Source of the DNA: Octopus vulgaris
Taxonomy: Eukaryota
Reading direction: 5' to 3'
NCBI GenBank assembly: GCA_951406725.2
Contig: OX597815.1
Coordinates: 140,430,001 to 140,494,000 of the forward strand
Length of the DNA: 64,000 nt
Shown: in pieces, positions 54,081-64,000 of the stretch
Layout of the letters: every line of letters begins with the position of its first letter
Position numbering within the stretch: the stretch's first letter is position 1
The notes under the pieces: model-generated
Seen by the model: the letters and a program-made list of their open reading frames with translations, nothing else
Databases searched by the model: none
What the model was told of the DNA's origin: nothing
Position numbers and translations under genes: made by a program

Positions 54081-56340
54081 AACAATATACGATATAAAAT
54101 AAAAGAAGTAAAATTCACACAGTTTATGTAGTTTTAATAAAATTCTAAATATAAGTGGATTCATAAACGAAAGAGTATCGTTTGTCGACCGGTTTCACTT
54201 TCGCAAATGATGACATTGAAATTATTGCAATCTCGGTATTTTCTTAAGAAGATTTTATTTCATGTTGTGTATGGAGGTTTGTTAATGAAATGAATCAACA
54301 TGTAGAAAAAAAAACTCAGGGGAGGGGGTAATTGGTGATCGTTACTATTCGGAACAGGGGAGGTAACTGCTCAGTTTTGGAGGTGCGGTAATAAATATAG
54401 AAAAACTCAAATGTTAAAGTACTGAGATGAAATATGTACACTGATGTGTATGTGAACACGAATTAATATATATTCTGAGGTCAAAGTTGGTTATGCGTTC
54501 AATATTTTTCGATAAATAAAGCTTCTTTATTTAAACGTATAGAAATTGTTTCATTATACTTGTACGTGGGGATAACTGATGTTTGGTTGGATATTACCTG
54601 CACATCTCTCTATTTGTTCACTCACAGGAATCTTCACAGTTTGGACGCTCACATTTTTAACCATTAGTTTCATGGTTGTTGTGTAAAGCTTCACATTTGT
54701 CAGAAATCTTTTCAGCTATTTGTGTTGCTTTTGGCATTTGATGAATTTATGTGTTTTCAGAATGTTGCTCATTTTTAGTTCTCAAGTGAGCATAGGTAGA
54801 TTTTGTACAACAGTGTTGTATGCCTCATTGTTTCTAGGGTTGTGCTTTTATATATGTGGTAGTGTTTTGAGATGTGGTGTGGTGCTACGTTATGTTTCCC
54901 TTAGTGCTTTAATGCCTAATTTCTTGACTCGCTTAATTTCATCGACTATATGTGAAGGTGGATATTGTCTTTCAGTTAGTGTTGTTCTGAGGTCTTGAAG
55001 ATAGGGGCCCCGGGTATTTCCATCAGACACTATTGTGCGCATCATTTTTGCTAAATTGAGCTAAACAGAAGATATTTTTTCGAGTCCGTTGGTTTATGAT
55101 AAATATCAGTTACAATTTGGTTGTTGACATTTTTATCATAATAGCCAAGAAAGGGTGCTGTTCTTTGCTATATTTCATTGTAAATTGAAAGTTAGGATTT
55201 ATATAATTTAATATTGATTTTAATTCCAAAAGTTTATCAATGGTTTTCATTCCAAATGATAAAGTATTTATCCAGACATCTTTTCCAGTTTTCTCTTATA
55301 TAATGGTGAAATGTTCATGTTTTTGCAGTGACACTTCATATATGGAGAATTCAAAATATCCCATTATTAGGTTTGTAAGAATAGGTGATGCTTTCGTTCC
55401 CGTCGTAATTCCGTCGTATCGTAAATAATTGTTCTGAAGTATAAATTTTAAAGTTTCAATAATAAAAAACTGATTTATGCGTTCCGGAAGTTCTTCGGGA
55501 TATTTTTCCTGCCAGAATTTTAGTGCTTCAGTTTCATAGTCATGTGGGATGCTGGTGTAAAGATTAACATCGAAGGAAGCCAATAAGGCCTCTTCATTAG
55601 TTGTTTTTGGTAGGATCTCAAGCATATCTAAATCGTCTCTAATGAAACTTTTGACGTATTTCTGCAGAGGTTTCAGTATAATATCTAGAAAATTGCTTAG
55701 GCGTTGGGTTTCACAGGCTTGGCCAGCTATAATGAGTCTTAACTTGAAATCTACTGACAGTAAAATATTCATGTATTTGCCTGACGTTTGTTTGCAGGCT
55801 TCATTAACCATCTTGCTCTTGTGTATTTTAGGTAGGCTGCAAAAAAGACTAGGTTTCCATTTAAAGTTCGTGATATAATCTATTTCTTTTTCTGTCAAGC
55901 CTTTTTCATGTAGATGAATTAAAGGTGCAAGATTTTTCATTGTGTATATGTTGTTTATCGTTTACAACTTTTTGTAGAACGTATAGTTTTCTAGCATGGA
56001 TAATACTAGTCTTTTTTTGTAGTATTTTGTGTCCACCAGAACTACAACACTTCCTTTGTCTTCAATTGTCTGTTCTTTGTCGTTTTGTAGTTCAATTAGA
56101 TTTTTCATTCTAAATTGTTGAAGTTTGAATTAATTTTTCGTTTATGGAAAGTATTTGTGAAATTTTGGATAAGGTCGCAGAAGTAATCAAGTGCTTTATT
56201 CCTACTCTTAGTTGGGAGATAATTGCTTCTGTTTTTAATCAGTGATTCCTCCTCATTGTTGTAATCAGTTACTGCTCCTGTGAGTCATTGGTTCTTGCAG
56301 AATTCTGAAACATCGTCATTAATTTCAACCAACTGCTTCC
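54072..56340 (-). mobile_element. Decayed Penelope-like retroelement (RT remnant plus 3' non-coding region)
   Basis: The minus ORF 55296-55940 has PLE RT motifs LPKIHK, LRLII, LDIILKPL, SFIRD, LASFDVNLYTSIPH, GITTGTKASPILTNL. (TA)n flanks it and an HHR 3' half (GAAACCGGTC) lies near the 3' end. Ends are approximate. Confidence 0.8.
55296..55940 (-). pseudogene. Penelope-type reverse transcriptase fragment
   Basis: PLE RT motifs as above; the frame is disrupted on both sides. Confidence 0.8.
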
Positions 56341-56647
56341 AGCCAGTTTACCCGTATTTTTATATACACCTATACATACACACATAACATATATATATAT
56401 ATATAGTAACAAACTGAAGAAAATAAATTCTTCAAAAGGCTGTGTTAAACATCCAATTCACTAGTACTTCAGTTGGATACCATACAGATATTGGTATATT
56501 TCAATAATAACGATAAATGACAGTCCAATAATCTATTAATATTAGGTATTAGATTAATATTACATTAATATTAGGTATTACATTAAATACTACGAATATA
56601 ATATATAGTATAACATAATATTATATAAATAATTATAAAAACCGCAA

Positions 56648-56739
56648 GAGGCCAACAAATTGTTTCGACTTATATATGTATATTTTTTTCTGATATACAT
56701 AATCACAGTTACCTTATATATAAGTCACTTCAGGACCCT
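56648..56739 (-). ncRNA. Degenerate hammerhead motif with long helix II in a (TA)n-flanked insert (about 56407-56950)
   Basis: GGGTC-CTGAAG(T)-GACTTATATA...TATATAAGTC-GAAAC-AATTT-GTT-GGCCT; A9 is missing or changed. Confidence 0.5.
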
Positions 56740-57021
56740 TGGTTCAGAAAGACGAAATCCCGTCTGGATTGTAAAGATTAATTCAAATGTCTGCGTTATG
56801 AGCGTTGGCGTTCACTGTTCAATCTTGCATAAATTACAATTGAAAAAACCACAAAAACACTTTAACGAACGATACAATCAAGTAAGAGCAATCCACAGCC
56901 ATCGAAATTCACTTCATTATATTTCAAACACATACCAATTACTTTATCTTTATATATATATAGATATATAATTATATTTATATGTATGTATATATTGTAT
57001 ACGTATATATATATATATGTA

Positions 57022-57111
<90 letters not shown>

Positions 57112-57139
57112 CATATACATACATATATATATATATATT

Positions 57140-57690
57140 TTTTCTAGTTTCAGCTCAGAGCTGCGGCCATGCTGATGCACCGCCGTTTTGTGCTACACTG
57201 TTATTACGACGAACCTCGTCTAATATGTGGCACTTGGTGAAGAATGGAGTTTGATACAGCTACTCTCATTTGCACCTCTTGCCGTGAGGTAGGTTCATCT
57301 GGGACTCTTGACAGGCAGATGTCCAGCTTTGATTTAAAAACCGCTACATCTACTTTGTGCAAGTTCCTCAGACTTTTTGGGAGAATATTAAAAAGCTGTG
57401 GGCCCTTGAAACCCAGGCTGTTGCAGAAGCTGGTCCTGAAGCGTGATGACATTGCTGGGATCTTTGGCACTATGCAGTGTCGTCCCGTTCTAGCATTGGT
57501 GTAGCTTACAATGCCAAAATTTGGCACAATTCCTTCCAGGATCTTTCAGACATATATTACTGCATACCTCTCCCGTCTTCTCTCCAGGGAGTAGAGTCTT
57601 AGCTGTTTCAACCTTTCCCAGTAGCTGAGCTGTTGCAAAGAGACGATCTTCTTTGTGAATCTTCTCTGGATTGCTTCAAGGTTCGCTGTT
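57140..57690 (-). mobile_element. 3' end of a CR1/L2-type (Jockey-group) LINE
   Basis: LSYWERLKQLRLYSLERRRERYAVIYV, RTGRHC, SLGFKGPQLFNILPKSLR, FKSKLD..L.RVPDEP. The tail is cagcatggccgcagctctgagctgaaactag. Confidence 0.75.
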
Positions 57691-57718
57691 ATATATATAT
57701 ATATATATATATAAATGT

Positions 57719-58114
57719 AAAATATTAGAAAAAAATACCTTTTATCAATTCAAAATGAATAATTAAGGTACACCATCTAAAAAATTACTTATAATAGAAA
57801 AGTTAAAATGAAAATAACAATAACAAGTAAAGATTAAGTAAATTACAAAAATAATAAAAATGTATATATTAAAAATGTATTTATTATTTTTGTAATTTAC
57901 TTAATCTTTACTTTTTATTGTTATTTTAATTTTAACTTTTCTATTATATGTAATTTTGTAGATGGTGTAATTTAATTATTCATTTTGAATTGATAAAAGG
58001 TGGGTTTTTTCTAATATTTTTGTATATTTATTATATTGTGTGGAATTTGATTTAGTATTCCTAAATTGAATCCTTTTTCCTTGTAAGTTTGGATTTTATT
58101 CCCTCAAATAATAA

Positions 58115-58119
<5 letters not shown>
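57719..58119 (+). repeat. AT-rich imperfect inverted repeat (about 140-bp arms) plus tail between (TA)n tracts
   Basis: Arms about 57719-57857 / 57881-58021, unpaired tail to about 58119. Confidence 0.7.
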
Positions 58120-58157
<38 letters not shown>

Positions 58158-58393
58158 GTTTTTAACGCCCACTCTCATAGATGTAATATTTGTGTGCTTA
58201 TTGCTTTTGTGAATTCTGCATCACAAAATCACTGAAATTCTGCGTAGGTCGTTTGTGGTTAAAGTATATAAAGTTTAGTGTATGTTTCTTAGGCTTTTAG
58301 ACAGGATTACATATCCCACTCAATGATCCGTGCGACAAGAACAACAACAGCACATTATATATATATATATAGAAATCAAATTTTTATATATAA

Positions 58394-58755
58394 AAGATGG
58401 TACCGGAAATAGTACAGAAGTATGTCTAAAACATTTCAGTTTAAGAGAGAATTTAACAAAAATGATTTCAAAAATTATATAAAGAAAATATTACCGGTTT
58501 CGATGTATTTCCTCTTATCAAATATCAGTAAAATTTATAAGTAATTGAAGTAAAAAACATACATATTCTGGATCCCCAAACAGAAGATAAACTGTTTTTA
58601 CTTCGAAATCTTACAAATTTTTATCGATATTTGATAAGACGAGATACATCGAAACCGGTAATATTTTCTTTATATAATTATAAAAATTATTTCTATCAAA
58701 TTTCCTCTTAAATTGAAATGTCTTAGATTTACTTCTGAGCTGTTTCCACCTCCAT

Positions 58756-58758
<3 letters not shown>
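58394..58758. mobile_element. Diverged fold-back insert with an HHR motif in each arm
   Basis: Arms about 58394-58558 / 58594-58758. ATAT-TTGATAA-GA...TC-GAAAC-CG-GTA-ATAT at 58627-58664 (+) and 58488-58525 (-). Confidence 0.75.
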
Positions 58759-58823
<65 letters not shown>

Positions 58824-58967
58824 TATATATATAACCCACAAGTGTGAACAAGAGAGACAGAGCAAGGCAGAAACAAGGAAAATGCCACTTATATTTGAAC
58901 ACTATACAAATATTCCTTTAAAAAAACATTTCTTTTAATTTTTCTAAATTTAATTATTTAATCGTTA

Positions 58968-59005
58968 CAGTTGAAAAGGTTTCAAAATGACTGAAACCGG
59001 TACTG
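58968..59005 (+). ncRNA. Minimal hammerhead motif, U3-A8 variant
   Basis: CAG-TTGAAAA-GGTTtcaaaatGACT-GAAAC-CG-GTA-CTG. Confidence 0.6.
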
Positions 59006-59057
59006 AAATGTTCTTTATAAAATTATTTTAGCATTTTCTAATTTGACTTATTTTTTC

Positions 59058-59106
<49 letters not shown>

Positions 59107-59362
59107 TATATAGCATATGGCCGACTCCCTAGCAGTAAGCCCTGCCAATATACACATATATTAGAATTTTCTCTGACTCCTCAGATTTTTGTATGCTGGA
59201 CTACTGGTTTTAAATTGATATTAAAATTAATATTAATTTATCTCCCTCATTATTTAAATATACACACACTTATATATAAATATTACTGATTATTATCATT
59301 ATTATTATTTTTATTATTATCATCATCATCACCATCAATAACAACAACAACAACAACAGCAG

Positions 59363-59363
59363 C

Positions 59364-59433
<70 letters not shown>
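59363..59433. repeat. (TAA)n microsatellite
   Basis: Direct reading. Confidence 0.95.
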
Positions 59434-59437
<4 letters not shown>

Positions 59438-59565
59438 TCAATAATAATGATATAAGTGGCCAGCAAGCACCTGAGTAAATAAAAGGGCAAATTCAAATAT
59501 TTGATAATCAATAATTATAATTGAGACTACACGAGGAACCACCGTGATATAACTAAGAGTTGAAG

Positions 59566-59787
59566 AATACTCTAAGACACAAGTTCACTGAAAGCACAAC
59601 AGGTCGACGGTAACGAGGGACGAGCATAGAAATTAACTTACCATCTCGGTTGAAATCATATGATACAGGAATATCTGTAACCGCACTTGCGACTACCAGC
59701 CGCGATGGTAAGTTCATTTCTTCGCCCGTTCCTCGATTTTCCTCGACCTGGTGTGTTTTCAGTGAAATGGTGGATTATTAGAGTATT
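59566..59787. repeat. Old imperfect inverted repeat (about 90-bp arms), MITE or fold-back
   Basis: ttcactgaaagcacaacaggtcga...aacttaccatc pairs with gatggtaagtt...tcgacctggtgtgttttcagtgaa. Confidence 0.6.
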
Positions 59788-59836
59788 TTTTAAGCAGCAG
59801 TCGTATTAGAGAAAGGTGGGGAAAGGAAGAAGGAAA

Positions 59837-59974
59837 GAAGAAGAAGAAGAAGAAGAAGAAGAAGAAGAAGAAGAAGAAGAAGAAGAAGAAGAAGAAGCAG
59901 AAGAAGAAGAAGAAGAAGAAGAAGAAGAAGAAGAAGAAGAAGAAGAAGAAGAAGAAGAAGAAGAAGAAGAAGAA
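59837..59974. repeat. (AAG)n microsatellite
   Basis: Direct reading; it explains the poly-Leu ORF. Confidence 0.95.
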
Positions 59975-61159
59975 TATAAAGAATAATAAAAATGCGGAAG
60001 TGGTATGACAGATCAGGATGTAGGTGGTATCCTCTTAAATGATCAAGTGACCTAAAAGTGACCCGTTGTGGTTGGAATAGTAGTGATTGGAATTGTTCTG
60101 AATAAATTAGTAGTGTCATTTGTGGTGAATGCATTCAAAAGGCGTTTATATTTTGTGATAAATGACTGTATTAATGCGCTGACTACTGGTTGTATCGTCC
60201 CTGAATTGATATGTGTGTGTGCGACTGTATACACAAATATATATGTATATATGTGCATGCATGTGTGTGTATGTGTGCGTATGTACGTATCTATATACTG
60301 TAACACGATTGGTGACTGTGTATGATTGCTTATATACATGATTGCTTATATACGGCGGACGGTGCGAGGCACTAGGCCTTACTAGACGCGGATGTCCTTG
60401 CAGACCTTTCACCAAAGGAAGTTGGTGGGGTTTGAAAATTATATTCGCTAGTAGTAACCGCTTACCGAAGAAACGTAATGGCGTTTTCTATCCACAGAAA
60501 GTCTCAGAGCCCCCGGCACTACTGGGTAAATCTTGAGTGTAATAACGACAAGATTGTCCAGTTATCAGCTTCTACCCATCGTGTTAATTAACGATCATAT
60601 TTCTGTCGCTCAATGGCTCTTTTTTATTGCGTTTGTACTTCTTGTGTATTTCTGTGGTACTTTCAATAGGATTAGATAAGTCATATAAAGTGTGATTTGC
60701 CAAAAATAATAATTAATGTTTTCGTTTAAGCGTCAATCCGATATCGTTGATCACTGTCAAAATTACCTCGGTTGGTTTTAATTACTGCCAGGTAAACATG
60801 GTTTGTTTTATAACGGTAATTTTAGAAACTCAATAATGTTCATTTGAGACACTTCAACCATCGTATGGAATAATGAACGGCGAATATCCGAAAACAGATA
60901 CAAAATATTGTATGCCATTTTATCCGCTAGTGGGTAGCCCCTTGCCTACACCTGGAACCTCTTAACAGGGCTCCAGGGACAGGCAGGGCTAGAGAAATAT
61001 TTTTAACACTTTCAACGGGCCTGATATTTGCTACTCCATGTATCGACCACACACCTTAGCAATTTTGGACAGTTCGGATTACAAACGTTCTACATGTGCA
61101 ATTTGTAATGACGAATGTTAGACATGTGATAGTTTGCTACACCTTTCCAAATTGTGAAA

Positions 61160-61540
61160 CTGTGGTAAGAAGCTTGCTTCCAAACCTCATGGTTGCGGGT
61201 TCAGTCACACTGCGTGGTACCTTGGGCAGGTGTCTTCTATTATAGTTTTGGTCCGACCAAAGCCTTGTGAGTGGATTTAGTAGACGGAAACTGAAAGAAG
61301 CCCGTCGTATATATATATATATGTATGTATATATTTATAAATTTATATGTGTATCTGTGTTTGTTCCCCCGCCATCAATTGACAACCAACGTTGGTGTGT
61401 TTACGTCCCCGTAACTTAGGGGTTCAGTAAAAGGAACCGATAGAATAAGTTCTAGGCTTCGATTTCTTCGACTAAAACCCTTTATGGCAGTGCTCCAGCA
61501 TGGCTGCAGTCAAGTGACTGGAACAATTACAAGAATAAAA
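61160..61540 (+). mobile_element. SINE family B copy
   Basis: Head, body and tail match family B. Confidence 0.8.
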
Positions 61541-62851
61541 TAATAAAAGAAAAGACTAACTGTATGCTTACAATACGCTGACTTTACATACGTGACAATA
61601 TCACATGGTTTTGTTCTGTGCGAGTTCCCAATGAATGATATCAGGAAGTTGTGTTTGGCTATGTGACCTGACGCTCTATATTGTCGTATACATGTGCGAT
61701 TCTTTGTGTACACGCGTATGTGTACTTCTACACGGCTTGATGGAGCCGCGAGTGTGGGTGTACTTGTATTCGGGTCGATGAACACGTCTACATGGACTTA
61801 AATATGTGTGCGTGTATAGCGATGAACAACTGCCAGTTTGCATTTTTTGGGGTTTTAAAGATGTTTTTGAACCGAATAACCCTGGCTGCGCGCGCGCGCA
61901 CCCATACACACACACATATGAGTACTGTGTTATTTCATATAGGAGAAGTGGTAGGAGGTTCAGCAATCTTGGTTACGGACTTTGTCACCATTTACTGACG
62001 AATGCACTTCATGACTCTAATGTTTAAAAGCGATACTTGGTACAGAAGAATACGGTTATTAATGAAATATTAGAAAGAAAAAATACACCATACAGAACCG
62101 TTCATAATATGAATATTAATGAAATATCAAATCACGTTAGACGTGACTGAAATCTATCTAAAATTTCTATATACATTGGTAGTAAACGATGAGTAGCTGT
62201 GGAATGTTTAGAGTGACCAGCTCGTAGACATCACACTAATCATCTGACACTTTATACAACATAAAACTATCAGAAAATGAAACAGAAATGAATATATCAG
62301 TATATTTCTGTGTTCATTATATGTCTACCGTAATTATTCCAGGAAGTAATTATTTTAGTACAAATTCTCAAATGGTATCACGTGCAAAATGAGCAGAACT
62401 CCTTAATTCGATAATATAATATTCTACAAGCACCAAAATATGTTATCGCAAAGAAATATATGTATTATTAAGGTTTTCAGAAATACAACAGACAAGTGAA
62501 ATATTTATAGAGCAGTGATGAGGTGCTACATCGCTAACAATCGCAAATATTACATTATTACATATTATTAACCTAGTTTTCTTCAATCATTATCGGGGAC
62601 ACAGGATGTAGACTAACAACGTAAAAGCAATAATACGGTAATTAGATTTTATTTACAGACTTCAAAATGAACAGATTAGTTGGAACAGTAAAGATAACAT
62701 CAATTATGAGTGTGAACAGCAAAAGTACTGTAGAGGAGGGAGAGAATACATTTTGTCAAACATATGCTGCTAGACTTGAATAGATGGCAGCAATTCAATA
62801 GAGAAACTATGCATTGTGGTTAGGAATAGAATAGACATATATGTGTGTAGA

Positions 62852-62913
<62 letters not shown>

Positions 62914-63068
62914 GTGAAATAGAAAGATGAATAATCTTGTAGTAGATTAATCAAAAGTTTAACCGATACCTTAGTAGCAAAAATCACAGCAGTAAAACAG
63001 CACGGTTGGAGGTACAACCATATGGTGTTGCAACCGTGCGTTGGTGCGGATAATTGAAATTAGAACAT

Positions 63069-63227
63069 TATTGGTGAATTGAAGAAATGGAGCTGAACGC
63101 AGATTGAACAGAAATCGTTTTATTTCATTCTACACGGATTTTGGTAATTTGTGCCTTTCGAAACACGTGTAGAATGAAATAAAACGATTTCTGTTCAATC
63201 TGCGTTCAGCTCCATTTCTTCAATTCA

Positions 63228-63233
<6 letters not shown>
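63069..63233 (+). repeat. Perfect 68-bp inverted repeat containing an HHR 3' half
   Basis: Arms 63069-63136 / 63166-63233; GAAAC-ACGT-GTA at 63160-63171; (TA)n on the right. Confidence 0.75.
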
Positions 63234-63288
<55 letters not shown>

Positions 63289-63296
63289 ATATATAT

Positions 63297-63525
63297 TGGT
63301 AAAAACTGTAAGATAAAAGAAAGAATGAGACCTCAATATTATGTAAATAGAGGAAATTTATCTGTAAAATAATATGTGACAATTATTCAATAGCCAAGAT
63401 AGAACTCTGAGTTTCGGATGCCGAGATGGAAATCCACAGCAAACCGAAAAGATGGTGTTGTGGATTTCCACCTCTGCATCTGAAACTCAGAGTTTTATCT
63501 TGGCTATTGAATAATTGTCACATAT

Positions 63526-63534
<9 letters not shown>
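63297..63534 (-). mobile_element. Second copy of the 1281-1453 family with a longer hairpin
   Basis: The tail 63297-63362 is approximately the reverse complement of 1381-1453. Arms are about 63363-63445 / 63454-63534. Confidence 0.8.
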
Positions 63535-63600
<66 letters not shown>

Positions 63601-63602
<2 letters not shown>

Positions 63603-63755
63603 TGTGTAGGAGTGGGTGTGTGGTAAGTAGTTTGCTTACCAACCACATAGTCCCCGGGTTCAGTCTTACTACGTGGGACTTTGAGTAAGTGTCTTCTACT
63701 GTAGCCTCGGGTCGACCAAAGCCTTGTGAGTGGATTTGGTGGAGGGAATCTGAAA
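63601..63755 (+). mobile_element. SINE family B, 5' part
   Basis: ggtgtgtaggagtgggtgtgtggtaag...ccaaagccttgtgagtggatttgg. Confidence 0.75.
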
Positions 63756-64000
63756 GTTTGTGGAAAATTAAACAGTAGACGATCAACTTGTGCACAATAC
63801 GAATCCCAATCTCCTAATACATTACATTCTAGATGCTCTTAATGCCACCATTAGAAACTAATCAACAAATGGCCAGCTTGCTAATGTCCTGAATGTTGTC
63901 ATGAAGAACCTTGCGAAGTTACTTGTTAATTCGCCCAATCCATTGCTGCCATCGCTGCATCCTGAGATGATGATCAGAAAGAGAGTAATGGCAACAAATA

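Noticed and set aside
63860-64000. Short open frame on the minus strand at the window edge (possible exon or integrase remnant)
   Set aside because: Too short, with no clear motif or splice evidence.

Overview
AT-rich, microsatellite-dense eukaryotic non-coding DNA. The SINE and LINE repertoire suggests an octopus or other cephalopod genome (inference). I see no host protein-coding exon, rRNA, tRNA gene or CRISPR array, and nearly all listed ORFs are read-throughs of microsatellites. The window is mostly transposon debris: a young 5'-truncated Tx1/L1-clade LINE in a (TATC)n tract, a decayed Penelope-like element (PLE), an R4/Dong LINE, CR1/L2-type LINE 3' ends, mariner and Tigger remnants, and three tRNA-derived SINE families. 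The main signal is a set of more than 10 short non-coding inserts, mostly bounded by (TA)n. They carry type I hammerhead-ribozyme (HHR) motifs with a palindromic helix III and/or fold-back hairpins with a one-sided tail. The best cases are a 362-nt tandem-plus-inverted retrozyme-like unit with three HHR copies (24703-25727), a canonical HHR (50565-50642), and HHRs with a compensatory U3-A8 core change. All motifs and coordinates were read by eye; no ribozyme activity or database search has been tested.
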